Part shown: positions 1 through 11,266 of the stretch, piece by piece
Layout of the letters: every line of letters starts with the position of its first letter
Numbering within the stretch: position 1 is the stretch's first letter
Assembly (NCBI GenBank): GCA_965223345.1
Contig: CBDCWG010000012.1
Coordinates: 608,001-672,000, forward strand
Origin: Nitrospinales bacterium
Lineage (GTDB): Bacteria > Nitrospinota > Nitrospinia > Nitrospinales > VA-1
DNA: 64,000 bases
Direction: 5' to 3'
Translations under genes and position numbers: made by a program
The notes under the pieces: model-generated
Told to the model about the DNA's origin: nothing
The model's input: only the letters and a program-made list of their open reading frames with translations
The model's database searches: none

Positions 1-2
1 GG

Positions 3-1028
3 GGAAAAAAAAAGACAAAGAAAATCATCAATGAAAACACACCTGAAATCGTTCACATCCACAATTTTTTCCCCCTGCTTTCCCCAGCTGTATACGATGC
101 CTGTCGAGATGCAAGGATCCCGGTGATTCAGACTCTTCATAACTATCGCACCATCTGCGCAGGGGCTCTTCTTATGCGAGATGGATCGCCATGTGATAAC
201 TGCATTCAGGGGACACCATATCAGGCCGTATTGCATGGTTGCTACCGCAATTCAAGGTTAGGCTCTCTGATTGTTGCCCGGATGATCGACTATCACCGAC
301 GTCAAAATACGTGGAAAACAAAGGTTGATCGATTCATTGCATTGACTAATTTTTCCAAAGGAAAGTTTGTCGAAGCAGGTTTTCCTTCTGAAAAGATTGT
401 GGTCAAACCCAACTTTATAAATGTGATAGATTCTCAAATAAATTCGAAAATCAATCGAAATGGCGCCCTATTCGTTGGACGACTTAGTCAAGAAAAAGGT
501 ATAAGAACACTCCTTAAAGCTTGGAAGACCTTGGATATTTCCTTAAAAATTGCCGGAGATGGACCATTAATGAATCTAGTGAATGAAGAAGCGCAAATAA
601 AAGTAACTGCTATTGGAAGAAAAGAGCCGATACAAGTAGCGGAGGAAATGACTCGTGCAGCGTTCCTTGTAATGCCATCTGAATGGTATGAGGGTTTTCC
701 TATGACAATGGCAGAGGCCTTTGAAAGAGGTCTGCCTGTAATTGCTTCTCGCATAGGCTCTTTGAGTGAGATTATTGAGGACGGAGTAAATGGCCTGCTT
801 TTCAATCCTGGCGATGCCGAAGATCTTGCCAAAAAAGTACGTTGGGCAAGTACACATAAAGAAGAAATGCGTCGAATGGGGCTAAACGCAAGGCAAATTT
901 ACGAAGAAAAATATTCCCCAGATATCAACTACCGCCAGCTTTTAAAAATATATAAAGAAGCTATTGATGAAAATCAATGCAGAAATGCTAGGCTTAGGGC
1001 GGGACAAACTATTACGCACTCCCCTTAG
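3..1028 (+). CDS. Glycosyltransferase family 4 (5' end lies outside the window)
   Basis: Frame is open from base 3 (VHIHNFFPLLSP..QTLHNYR). GT4 motifs FVGRL..EKG and PSEWYEGFP..MAEA..G.PVIAS are present. Confidence 0.9.
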   Translation, partial: GKKKTKKIINENTPEIVHIHNFFPLLSPAVYDACRDARIPVIQTLHNYRTICAGALLMRDGSPCDNCIQGTPYQAVLHGCYRNSRLGSLIVARMIDYHRRQNTWKTKVDRFIALTNFSKGKFVEAGFPSEKIVVKPNFINVIDSQINSKINRNGALFVGRLSQEKGIRTLLKAWKTLDISLKIAGDGPLMNLVNEEAQIKVTAIGRKEPIQVAEEMTRAAFLVMPSEWYEGFPMTMAEAFERGLPVIASRIGSLSEIIEDGVNGLLFNPGDAEDLAKKVRWASTHKEEMRRMGLNARQIYEEKYSPDINYRQLLKIYKEAIDENQCRNARLRAGQTITHSP

Positions 1029-1062
1029 AGCAAAAACTAAAATCATTTAATTTATTTTACTG

Positions 1063-2112
1063 TTAGAGCTGGATACTTCTTTTTAATCTTGAACTAGGTT
1101 CGAACAAAAACCTAACATTAAAGAATTCAAAGAACAATAAAGCAAATATGGGAAAAGTAATACCGGCTAAAGTTCCTAAGATCAAGTGTGTGGATATATC
1201 GTCGATTCCAAAATATTTATGCAAGATAATGCGGATACCACTTCCGGCTATGACATGCATCAAGTAAATTCCCAGCGAGGATCTGCCAATAGTCAATAGC
1301 ACTCTCAACTGAATATGCTGCAGTAAAATACAAGTTGTAACAACAAAAGCAATAGAAACAAGAGCAAGTAGGAGCGTAAGCAACCCTGCATTGTTAATAA
1401 TTAACAGCTCTAATTTAAAATGAAAATACCACTGACAAAGCAAAAATGTTAATAATGAGAGAGGGAATAATATATGGATATATTTTGAAAACAAATCTTT
1501 AATATGAAAAAAATTAATTCCGAAAACAAAGAACACTAAGTAATTTGATATTAAATTTAATGGAACAATCTGAGGAATATCTCTACCAAACAAATACAAA
1601 ATAATAGATACAATTAAAATTGATACGTAAAATTGTTTGGGCAAACGTGTGTACAAAAATATAGAAATAACGAAAATAAAGAACAATGCATACAAAAACC
1701 ATAAATGAGAATAGGGTACCCATAAGAAAGACAACAAATCTGAAACAGAGTTATTTCTATTCGTATAGCTGGACAGTGCAACACCGATTCCCCCATCGAC
1801 AACACACCAAATAATATATGGATAAAGAATAGTTTCTATTTTATTTTTAAATAGACCTCCCTCACCTCTTTTGTTTAGCGACGAGAAAAAGAATAATCCA
1901 GATAAAAAGAAAAAAAGAGGCATATGAAAGCTTCCAATAATACTTTGGAGAATGTAGTGTGTTTTTTGGTCATATTTAAATCCAGCACTAAAAATTCCCC
2001 CCTCCACATGACCAAAGACAACTAAAATAATGCCAATTCCTTTTGCATAATCAACCCAAATACTTCTATTCAGCAAAATAGTATTTTCTCTCTTCCCACA
2101 TGTCATACGCAA
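1063..2112 (-). CDS. Membrane acyltransferase (acyltransferase-3 family), probably modifying polysaccharide
   Basis: WVDYAKGIGIILVVFGH, FHMPLFFFLSG and HLWFLYALF motifs; many hydrophobic segments. Confidence 0.9.
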   Translation of the reverse strand: MRMTCGKRENTILLNRSIWVDYAKGIGIILVVFGHVEGGIFSAGFKYDQKTHYILQSIIGSFHMPLFFFLSGLFFFSSLNKRGEGGLFKNKIETILYPYIIWCVVDGGIGVALSSYTNRNNSVSDLLSFLWVPYSHLWFLYALFFIFVISIFLYTRLPKQFYVSILIVSIILYLFGRDIPQIVPLNLISNYLVFFVFGINFFHIKDLFSKYIHILFPLSLLTFLLCQWYFHFKLELLIINNAGLLTLLLALVSIAFVVTTCILLQHIQLRVLLTIGRSSLGIYLMHVIAGSGIRIILHKYFGIDDISTHLILGTLAGITFPIFALLFFEFFNVRFLFEPSSRLKRSIQL

Positions 2113-2426
2113 CCTTCACAAAACTTAAAATTCACTTCTTATTTTTTGACTAATCATACAGTTGAAAGCCTTCTTTTTTAGCTATCCCCTTAGTGAATGT
2201 TGCTGTAGAAATTTCTAGACTCACACTTCAAGACCATCTATCCAATACTCAGACATAATTGACTTGTTTTTGTTTCTTTGAATTTCTAACGTAAAAAATA
2301 TTTAGCCATAGATACACATCAGCAAATTATTCACACAATGCAATTGAACAAGTATTTGCCAAAATACTCAATTTAAACTCATAGATAGAAAAGAAAAGCT
2401 ATACCGCACTTCCCCTCAAAAATAAG

Positions 2427-4655
2427 TTATGCAATTTCACAATAATCAGGATTATTGTATTGTTTTTCCCCATAAGGCGTTTCATCACATTCTTTTACTT
2501 TATTAAGCACAATTCTAAAATATTTTTCGTTGCCATCCCCCCCCCCTGGCAATATACCGTTTCTGTCTTCTTTTCTTCTATAATAATGTTTTCCTATTAT
2601 CTCATTAGGAATGGAATCCAATTGAGCAATCGCTTTTTGGATCAATTTTTTATTACTAACTCCAGAAGCAACTACAAATAAAATACCATCACAATATTTC
2701 TCAACGAGACTAGCTTGCGAGACAGTTAAAGTAGGAGCTGTTTTTATAAGTATCACATCAAAATTCTTCCTTAATCCAAACAGGAATGACTTAAGAACGG
2801 TCGAAAATAGTACATCTGGAGAATAAGAAAATTTCAGATTTTGTCTACCCGCAGGTATAACCCACAACCCTGGATACTTAGTTTTCACTATAGCCTTTCT
2901 CCAGACTTTGGGGGTAGACAGAATATTAATTAACCCCGGGAATTTTTGAATTTCAAATTTTTCATGAACCTTAGGGTTTTCTAAGTCAGCGTCTACGACG
3001 AGGACATTCTTACCCACGTGACTGAGAGAAACAGCAAGATTTGAGACAATAGTAGATTTACCCTGTCCAGGAGTTGCACTGGTTACCATAAAAATTTTAT
3101 TTGGTTTTTCCGAAATCATAGCTAAAAACCTGGAACGCAGATTACGAAAGTCTGCAGTACCAGTTGACTTACCTTTATCGCTGGAAGAAAAATATCCATC
3201 GTTCTTAAACCACCTAACCGAACCAAGAAGTGGAAATGGTAATTGGAGATCAACATCCTCTTCATTTTTTATAGTGTCATCAATTGATTCCATGAAAAAA
3301 ACTATGATCAGCCCACCAAATAAACCAAAAGTTAATGCCAGGATAATGCTAATACCTTTTCTAGGCTGAATTATTTTTGTTGGAACTTCCGCTGGATCCA
3401 CTAAACGGATAGGAGGAACATAATAACTTGAATAAACTTCGAGCTCCTTACCCCTTGTCATTAGTTGGTCTTGAAGTTTTTTACTTGACTCGGCATCTTG
3501 CTTTATTTGATTGAATTGAAAAATATTAACATCTAACTGCATAATCTCAGCTTTTTGCCTTTTTTGAAGTAACCGCAGTTCCTTTTCTTGCTCTTTTGTT
3601 GCCTTAAATTCAGAAATAAGTGATCTCAGCAAGCTATCAATCTCTAATGGAATTCTCGCCTCAATGGCTTTTAAATTCCGAAGTATATTTTTTAGGTCCG
3701 GATGAGATGGCTCCATAGTTTTTGAAAACTTATCAAATTTAATTTTTTCACTTATATAAGTTTTCCTTAATTGCCGAATTGCATCATCTTTAATGGATTC
3801 CGGAATAGAATAAAACATTTTTTCTGGTGATAGATTTACGTTCCTTAATTGCTGAATTAAAGATTTTAATTTAAATATTTTTGCTCTGACTGATGTAATT
3901 TTCGAAAGCGTCTCTCTATATTGTTGGTTAGCGAAATTTCTTTTGTTATCCAACTCAACCATGTCTTTATTTTTCACATAACTTTGCATCTCTAAATTTG
4001 ACTTGCTGACCCGTTTTGTCAACTCATCAACTTTTCGACTCAACCATCTGTGCGCATCTGCCTCAAGGACCTCTTGGTAAGCCATCTGCTCCCTAATAAA
4101 AATATCTACCAGTGTATTTGCTATTTTTGCGATCAAGGGAGGTGAAAACCCCTGGAAATGGATATTAGCAATTTTACTTTCTTTAACAGGAACAACCTTA
4201 AGTCTCTTCAAAATTTTGTTTACCAAAGGTGAATAAGGGTCTGCTTCAAAGTTCCCCAATTTACGTTTTTGAGAAATCCCCATATCTTCCAACCTAGAAG
4301 AGACCCAGTTTCGAAGAGGTTTTGTATTAATTAATGGGCTAGCATCTTCAAATTCTTTATTCTCTAGCAAATTTAGCTCAATTATTAATTTCTTTATCAA
4401 GGAACGGCTTTTGATTAGAGAATATTGAGTATTTAAATATTGGTCGTCTTTAGAATCTTGAACCCAAATATCTTGAGTAGAAAGCGGTTTTGGTGGCTTA
4501 GATTCTATTAATACTTTTGTTGTAGCTTGATATACAGGAGGCACTGTAAATAAATAAATCGCAGTTAAAATAACCGGAGCGAAAACGAATAGAATAAGTG
4601 TTTTTCTTCTTCTTTTTACAATTTTAATGACTTCTGCTATTTGGAGCTCTTCCAT
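2427..4655 (-). CDS. Wzc/GumC-family polysaccharide co-polymerase with BY-kinase domain
   Basis: Two TM segments around a coiled-coil periplasmic region; Walker A PGQGKST; VDADL motif; Tyr-containing C-terminal tail. Confidence 0.88.
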   Translation of the reverse strand: MEELQIAEVIKIVKRRRKTLILFVFAPVILTAIYLFTVPPVYQATTKVLIESKPPKPLSTQDIWVQDSKDDQYLNTQYSLIKSRSLIKKLIIELNLLENKEFEDASPLINTKPLRNWVSSRLEDMGISQKRKLGNFEADPYSPLVNKILKRLKVVPVKESKIANIHFQGFSPPLIAKIANTLVDIFIREQMAYQEVLEADAHRWLSRKVDELTKRVSKSNLEMQSYVKNKDMVELDNKRNFANQQYRETLSKITSVRAKIFKLKSLIQQLRNVNLSPEKMFYSIPESIKDDAIRQLRKTYISEKIKFDKFSKTMEPSHPDLKNILRNLKAIEARIPLEIDSLLRSLISEFKATKEQEKELRLLQKRQKAEIMQLDVNIFQFNQIKQDAESSKKLQDQLMTRGKELEVYSSYYVPPIRLVDPAEVPTKIIQPRKGISIILALTFGLFGGLIIVFFMESIDDTIKNEEDVDLQLPFPLLGSVRWFKNDGYFSSSDKGKSTGTADFRNLRSRFLAMISEKPNKIFMVTSATPGQGKSTIVSNLAVSLSHVGKNVLVVDADLENPKVHEKFEIQKFPGLINILSTPKVWRKAIVKTKYPGLWVIPAGRQNLKFSYSPDVLFSTVLKSFLFGLRKNFDVILIKTAPTLTVSQASLVEKYCDGILFVVASGVSNKKLIQKAIAQLDSIPNEIIGKHYYRRKEDRNGILPGGGDGNEKYFRIVLNKVKECDETPYGEKQYNNPDYCEIA

Positions 4656-4903
4656 AAAAATATTTTCCCGACAATTGCATATTTTTAAATTTTGGTTTGG
4701 GGCTCAGAACCAAATGTAAATACTAATGCTTCTCCAGATAAATTTACTAATGAGAAACTGCCACAATATTAAGAGGGCAACTACTGAAAACTATGGAGTA
4801 AAAAAAAAGCAAGTTACTTCACATATTATTCTAAGAATTGGCGAAGAAACTTAACCGTCAATTTTTCAAACTTTTGAAGACTAAAGACTTGATTGACAAA
4901 ATA

Positions 4904-4918
4904 GCAATTTTTATGCCA
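4904..4918 (-). promoter_or_regulatory. Putative sigma54 (-24/-12) promoter for the wzc-like gene
   Basis: Minus strand reads TGGCATAAAAATTGC (GG-N10-GC), about 250 bp upstream of the start codon. Confidence 0.55.
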
Positions 4919-6242
4919 CTCCAATTATCAAAAATAATTTAATTCCCAACAAATGAGGCCATAATTTTCAACTTATATTATCCCCACAGAGGAGCAAATA
5001 AATTTTAGAATCAATACTATTTTTAGGCGTGGTCAGATCTGTAAATACTAGCGATTAAAAGATGGGAGGGGGAAGGCGAAGTTGATGGAGGAAAAGAGAT
5101 AGAAAGAAACCTTTTGATGCTTCACTTTAGGACGGGGACAGGAACTGAAACTAAATGCTGTATGATGTTATTCAACTTACCCAACAAGAAGGGGCTAAGT
5201 TTCCTCCTCAGTTTGATATACTGATTTATAAAATGTATACGGATTGAAACCTTGCCAACAAAATCGAAAACCGTCAATTTTCAGGACTGTGATGGAATTT
5301 TGACGCACATCCAAAGCGAAATAGTTATGAGAATTTAATTAAAACATCTTCTTACAATAATGCAATACCACATCCTTTATCATCCAGTATCTTTAGATGT
5401 AACTCCCCCCACCGTAAACTGGAGATAGGAACTTACTAACCTAAGTTTATCTATTCATATCTACACAAACTAAATCTAGCTTTCTCCTGGGAGCTCTACT
5501 AGGCCCCAAAATGGGCATATTTACGGAAAAAAATTTAAATCATCAAAACCCAAAATTCAAGTAACTTTGAGACCACCACATTCTTGAAATTAAAAGAATC
5601 TAACTATCTTTGCTCATTTCCCCCGAAACTTCCAATTGAATTCAAGAGCGATATTCTGAATCGCTCATTGCGGAATACGACTCAGGATCTAATGGATACA
5701 ATATTTTTTTCATTCTTAATGGCATAAGAAAATAAAGGTGTCGATAACTAGATTAAACCATTGCTAGGGCTACCCAAAGATTAGCATTGAAGGTAAAGAT
5801 AGAAAAATTTTCCGACCAGCCATCTAACCCGTGTATTTAAACTATAACAATTCTATACTTTAATATTTGCTTCATTAATATGCCTTATTAATCGCACAAA
5901 AACATTCTACTTCCTGTCAGAGCTAAAAACTTTTCACTTGATACAAACCCGTTAATATTAATGCCACTGAATGATTCCCCCCTAAAACTCCTTTAGTTCG
6001 CTGAGACATCCACCTCCCAAGTCATCCCCCTAGCTGAAAATCTATAGAAATCTAATCTAACTTAAATGGAAATCTAAAAATATAAGGATTATACCATTGA
6101 TTTTTATATGTATTTTTCCGATATAGGTAATGGTTATTTTTTTTATTCTTTTTGCTTTCTTTCACGCACCCAAAGATGCCTAACAGGTTTTAGAAGGTAT
6201 TATTTTATTAATAAACTTTTTTTATGAAGAAAGGAAATAGAA

Positions 6243-7817
6243 ATGGGAAAGATATTTAACAGTGCAACTTCTCGACTTTTTTATTTTCTAGTTTTGATTG
6301 GATTCTTGTCTCTAGATCTTTCATCACCGGTTTGGGCAGATACAATCAATGTGCCAGGTGACAAACCGACAATTCAGGAAGCTATTGATGCTGCAGTGGA
6401 TGGTGATGTGATCACAGTTGATGCCGGCACTTACACCGAGAACATCACACTAGGAAAACGCCTTAAATTACAAGGGGCTAGAGCCAATGAAGATGCTTGT
6501 GAGGCCAGGTCAAGTATGGAGTCTATTATCGACAGTACAGGGGTTCAACTCAACTTTATATCTGGTTCGGCAGGATCTATCATCGATGGGTTTACCTTTT
6601 CAGGATCAACTGGTCTAAGTGCGCTAATATCAAGTTCAGGGCCAACTAATAATCTACAAATTGTGAATAATATCATTGAAAAATTTTCGCAACGAGGTAT
6701 ATCACTTAACTCTCCAGGAACCGACATCACATTGAGTCAAAATAGAGTCGATGGAACAGAAGTAACAGGAACGTCACCATCGGTTTTTTTAAATGAGTCT
6801 CAATTTAACGGCTTCCACTTCACAAACAATTGTCTCCTCAACAATCCTGGTGGACATGCGATTTTATTTTGGGGCAATCGAAACGTTGCCCCAAGTTTGG
6901 TACGCAATCCATTATTTCATGGAAACCTTATAGACAACAACACGGGCGGAAGTGGCGTAAATTTAGGCTCTAGCTCGATTGATAATGCAGAGATTAGTGG
7001 CAATATTATTAGCAATAACACTAACAACGGCATTATTGGCGGCCCTAAAAATTCGCAGATAACAGGTAACACTTTTGACTCAAATGGAATTCGAGGTTTG
7101 CAATTATTGGCATTTGGAAATGGCACAGATCCATTGAAGGGTGCTCAAAATAATATAATCTCAGCAAACTGTTTTCTGAACAATGGTAGTGCAGCGATTG
7201 AATTCAGTAGTTCACAGTTTCCAGGTACAATCTCTACAAACACTTTCACTGGTAATAATATTATCGGAAACTCCAGTGGAGCTGTCTATACTGGGCCAGA
7301 GACAATTGATGCAACTGGAAACTTTTGGGGCGATATTAGTGGGCCAAGCATAGACGGCCCTGGAATAGGTGACTCTGTTGATGGAACCAGTGGTGGAGGA
7401 TCAATCGATTTTAGCAGTTTTTTATCAGTCCTTGCTTCAGGCACGCCCTGCTCGTTAAACGCGGGTAGCACTGAGGATCATTTTCAATGCTATGATCTTA
7501 AAAGAAGATCGAGACTTCATCCTAGACCTCGAGTCAGCCTAAACGATCAATTTGGCTTCAGAGATGACATCCGGGTAGGTAAGTGGGCTGAATTTTATTG
7601 TACTCCTGTTGATAAGAATGGTGAAGGAATCAACAACCTGGATAACACCATGGCCTGTTATGAGATCGAAGAGACAAAACGAGGAACAGAGCGAAGAAAA
7701 AACCAGGAAATATTAATAGAAAATCAGTTTGGTAAACAAAGCTTTGAATTAGAAGATCCGGAAATACTTTGTGTCCCATCAACGCAATTAAGCGTATCTG
7801 AAACAGATCGCGATTAG
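6243..7817 (+). CDS. Exported right-handed beta-helix protein with a Cys-containing two-repeat C-terminal domain
   Basis: Signal peptide; TINVPGD.PTIQ.AID..GD.I.V..GTY.E start; Asn/Gly-rich repeats; IDATGNFWG; C-terminal CY..NxQFG..C.P motif twice. Confidence 0.75.
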   Translation: MGKIFNSATSRLFYFLVLIGFLSLDLSSPVWADTINVPGDKPTIQEAIDAAVDGDVITVDAGTYTENITLGKRLKLQGARANEDACEARSSMESIIDSTGVQLNFISGSAGSIIDGFTFSGSTGLSALISSSGPTNNLQIVNNIIEKFSQRGISLNSPGTDITLSQNRVDGTEVTGTSPSVFLNESQFNGFHFTNNCLLNNPGGHAILFWGNRNVAPSLVRNPLFHGNLIDNNTGGSGVNLGSSSIDNAEISGNIISNNTNNGIIGGPKNSQITGNTFDSNGIRGLQLLAFGNGTDPLKGAQNNIISANCFLNNGSAAIEFSSSQFPGTISTNTFTGNNIIGNSSGAVYTGPETIDATGNFWGDISGPSIDGPGIGDSVDGTSGGGSIDFSSFLSVLASGTPCSLNAGSTEDHFQCYDLKRRSRLHPRPRVSLNDQFGFRDDIRVGKWAEFYCTPVDKNGEGINNLDNTMACYEIEETKRGTERRKNQEILIENQFGKQSFELEDPEILCVPSTQLSVSETDRD

Positions 7818-8254
7818 TAAAATTTCGGAATCATAAATTAACCAAATAGCCAAATTAAAAGCTGAAGTCCCATATATTATGGTCAGTTTAATGTTCAATA
7901 GTGAATATATATTACCTACAGTTTAATAGACCACGAATCCAATCTTATTTTATTCATTATTCATACGGATATTAAGTTGTTAAGCTTTTCCTACGATTCA
8001 GTTCACTCTTGTGAGCAAATAAAGAATTACTATATGGAAACCTGCATAAAAAAATACTTCTGTAGACTCAAAATAGTTTGCTCACATTCATCAATTGAAG
8101 ACAATTAAAAAAAATCTAAAAATTAATCCCAAAATGCTTAATACTAATTTATCAATAAATCATAAACACAATTCACAATAGGTCTTTCTCCATATTGTGA
8201 GAGACTATCAATCTAAAATAGTGATCAAGTTATTTAAAAAGGAAATTGATTCAA

Positions 8255-9265
8255 ATGAAAGTATTATTGGTTGGAGGTGCGGGATATATTGGCAGCATAG
8301 TAAATCGATTACTTCAAGAATCCGGCTATCAAACTACTGTATTAGATGATTTGTCCACTGGTCATCAAGAATCTCTTTGCCAAAATACAAATTTTATTTT
8401 GGGGGATTTCGGAGATATTTCGATTTTAAAAAAAATATTCTCCAGAAATTCATTTTCTGCAGTTTTACATTTTGGAGCTAAGTCACTTGTTGGAGAGTCG
8501 ATATCTAACCCACTGCACTATTACCACAACAACGTTGCCAAAACCCTTAATCTTTTAACGGAAATGAACAGTGCAGGAATCAATATTTTTATTCTTTCCT
8601 CTACTGCTGCAATTTTTGGCAATCCTGAAGAAATCCCAATTACGGAGAAACATCCCATTCGACCTATTAATCCTTATGGTCAATCGAAGTCCATTATCGA
8701 GCAAGTATTGCGTGATATTTCATTAGCTCAGGGTTTACGATATGTATCCCTCAGATATTTCAATGCAGCCGGTGCATCTTCAGACGGTATGTTAGGTGAG
8801 GATCATAAAAATGAGACTCATTTAATCCCTTTAATATTAAAGTCTGCACTATTTCCTCCCCCCCCCTCTTCAGCTCTCAAAATTTTTGGAACGGATTATG
8901 ATACTCCAGACGGAACTTGTGTGCGGGATTTTATTCACGTTTCTGATCTTGCAGAAGCTCATTTGAAAGCGCTAAAGTATTTATTAAATGGTGGAGAAAG
9001 TGAGTCCTTCAATCTTGGAAATGGGAAAGGATTCTCGGTTCGTGAAGTAATACTTGCATCAAATGAAGTAACTGGAAAAACGATTCAATATGTTGAATCA
9101 AATAGGAGACAGGGAGATCCCCCAACACTTGTTTCAGACTCCCAATACATATATAAAAAATTAAAATTTAAACCTAAATTTAACAAGTTAGAAGACATAA
9201 TTGAATCTGCTTGGAGATGGCATTCTAAACATCCAAATGGTTATGAGTCTCGAGGCAAAAATTGA
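8255..9265 (+). CDS. galE: UDP-glucose 4-epimerase
   Basis: GGAGYIGS, YGQSK (YxxxK), LRYFNAAGA and DGTCVRDFIHV motifs. Confidence 0.95.
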   Translation: MKVLLVGGAGYIGSIVNRLLQESGYQTTVLDDLSTGHQESLCQNTNFILGDFGDISILKKIFSRNSFSAVLHFGAKSLVGESISNPLHYYHNNVAKTLNLLTEMNSAGINIFILSSTAAIFGNPEEIPITEKHPIRPINPYGQSKSIIEQVLRDISLAQGLRYVSLRYFNAAGASSDGMLGEDHKNETHLIPLILKSALFPPPPSSALKIFGTDYDTPDGTCVRDFIHVSDLAEAHLKALKYLLNGGESESFNLGNGKGFSVREVILASNEVTGKTIQYVESNRRQGDPPTLVSDSQYIYKKLKFKPKFNKLEDIIESAWRWHSKHPNGYESRGKN

Positions 9266-9293
9266 TTTCATTGAGTTTTTTTAGAACTATCCT

Positions 9294-10460
9294 TCAAATT
9301 ATTGTTTCTAGTTTTTCCTCCCAAGTTTCCATAGCTTTTCTTTTCTCATTATCATAACTGTATCTATCATATATAGAAGTTACATCCCGCTCAGAATGGT
9401 TCAATATTTTCTTAACTATTAATCGTGGAATTTCTAAACTTGTCATGTGGCTTGCGGCTGTTCGGCGTAAGTCATGTGGAGTAAATGGGTCTACTCCAAA
9501 ATGATCTTGATTTTTCCGAACTGCATGATTGACCGATGTTTTACAGATATGTTGATTTATATTGCGAGATGGAAATAACCATCTTGATTCACCAGAGAAT
9601 ATTTTAATTTCGTTGATAATATCCAACGCAAGAGAAATCAGTGGAATTCTGTGAAGATTGCTATTTTTTGACTTATCAGAAGGTATAGTCCACCATCCAT
9701 TATTCAAATCGAAATCTTTCCATTCTGCAGTAATTACTTCTCCTTTTCGTTGGCAAGTAATCAATTGAAGTTTTAAGGCTAATTTAATCCCCATACTCAT
9801 TTTTGAGGTTTCCAATCTTTCCCAAAAAATTCGTATCTCCTCCTCGGTCAGAACACGATCCCTTCTATTCTCTCTGGAGGGAGCAGGAATTCCGAGGCAA
9901 GGGTTGATCTCAATAATTCCTCGCCCCAAAGCAAAAGAAAACATTTTTCTAATAGTAGCAAGAGTACGATTCGCCTGAATCAATGCACCCCGCCCCACAA
10001 TTTCATCAAGCAGAAGAATTATCTCCCTTCGAGTAATGTCCTGAGCTTCTCTATGACCCCACCTTGGAATGACTTCTTTATATAAAATACGTTGGTCCTC
10101 TTTCCATGAGCGTTTTCGCATTTTGGCGTATTTTTCAATATACTCCTCTACCATCATTCCCACATTTAAAGAGCCTTGAATATCGTAATTTGACTCGCTA
10201 TGAGATCTCCCAGGATCAATCCCTTCAGCAAGAATCTGTCGGGCAACTGCGTGAACAGATAAGGCATTTTCTAGTGAAATTTCCGGATAACTCCCGATTG
10301 TCAACCTTCGGGGAGTTCCCATAAATCTGTACAAAAAAATGAAGGTTTTTTTTCCTTTCTCCGAAACTCGAATACCAAAACCACGACCATTTGTTTCCCA
10401 TACTTCGTAACGGTTTTCTTTAGGCCTTAGAGCTCTAATATTGCTATCCGTGAACTTCAT
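9294..10460 (-). CDS. Tyrosine recombinase (P4-like integrase with N-terminal arm-binding domain)
   Basis: Catalytic residues appear intact: CQRKGE, SKN, HDLRRT, LNH, IYDRY. N-terminal arm domain GFGIRV..G.K.F..Y..RLTIG.YP. Confidence 0.93.
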   Translation of the reverse strand: MKFTDSNIRALRPKENRYEVWETNGRGFGIRVSEKGKKTFIFLYRFMGTPRRLTIGSYPEISLENALSVHAVARQILAEGIDPGRSHSESNYDIQGSLNVGMMVEEYIEKYAKMRKRSWKEDQRILYKEVIPRWGHREAQDITRREIILLLDEIVGRGALIQANRTLATIRKMFSFALGRGIIEINPCLGIPAPSRENRRDRVLTEEEIRIFWERLETSKMSMGIKLALKLQLITCQRKGEVITAEWKDFDLNNGWWTIPSDKSKNSNLHRIPLISLALDIINEIKIFSGESRWLFPSRNINQHICKTSVNHAVRKNQDHFGVDPFTPHDLRRTAASHMTSLEIPRLIVKKILNHSERDVTSIYDRYSYDNEKRKAMETWEEKLETII

Positions 10461-11266
10461 AAGCTCATATAAAATATAGATTATCTATGCTTAGCGTGAT
10501 TACTTCAAAGTGTACCCTGCATACGAATTTTCTAGCTTAATCCATAATTTTCGCTGGATTCAAAGTTTGTGATAAAAGAGGCAAACGATCAATTACCACT
10601 GGGGAAATACAATGCAATAATACCACCCAAACCATTATAAATAAAGGGACTCATTCGATTTCACCTTCTATTTTTGATGTTTTTTTCGATGATTGAGTCA
10701 GAAATCTCAGTTCGGCATACCCACAATAAATTAAACTACTTCAACCAAATACACACCCATACGGAAATAGAGGTATAACAAATATTTTCAATAACTTAAC
10801 CTAAGTGAAGTTTTATTTATCATTTTGGCGGAGGTGTAACTTTTACGAAAGTTTCATCGCAGGAAATCAGTATTTATATTTCGGATGGGGTCAAGAAGAG
10901 GAGGGTTGGTCGTGGAAACCCTATATTCATGAGAAGCTACATGGGGGACACTGGGAAGGGTGTTGTTTCATGATTTCCATGAAATAGATATTCATTTTTG
11001 TCTAGTGCTCAAAAAGCGTCTTGGCAACCGCGATGTATCACAGATAAATAAACCTCATGAATAGTACACTCACGTTTTATGAATTAGGTGATATAAAAAG
11101 TCGCTCCTTGAATTAAGTAATTATGACCTTTAAATTTTGATAATAAAAAAAGCATTTGGCGTAATGTCCTTCCTGAATACCGCCAGATGGACTATCCCAA
11201 GCATAAGATTTAAATTATCGAACAAGGGGAAAAGTGTTGACCTGCCCCTGTTAGTTGTACCAGTTT

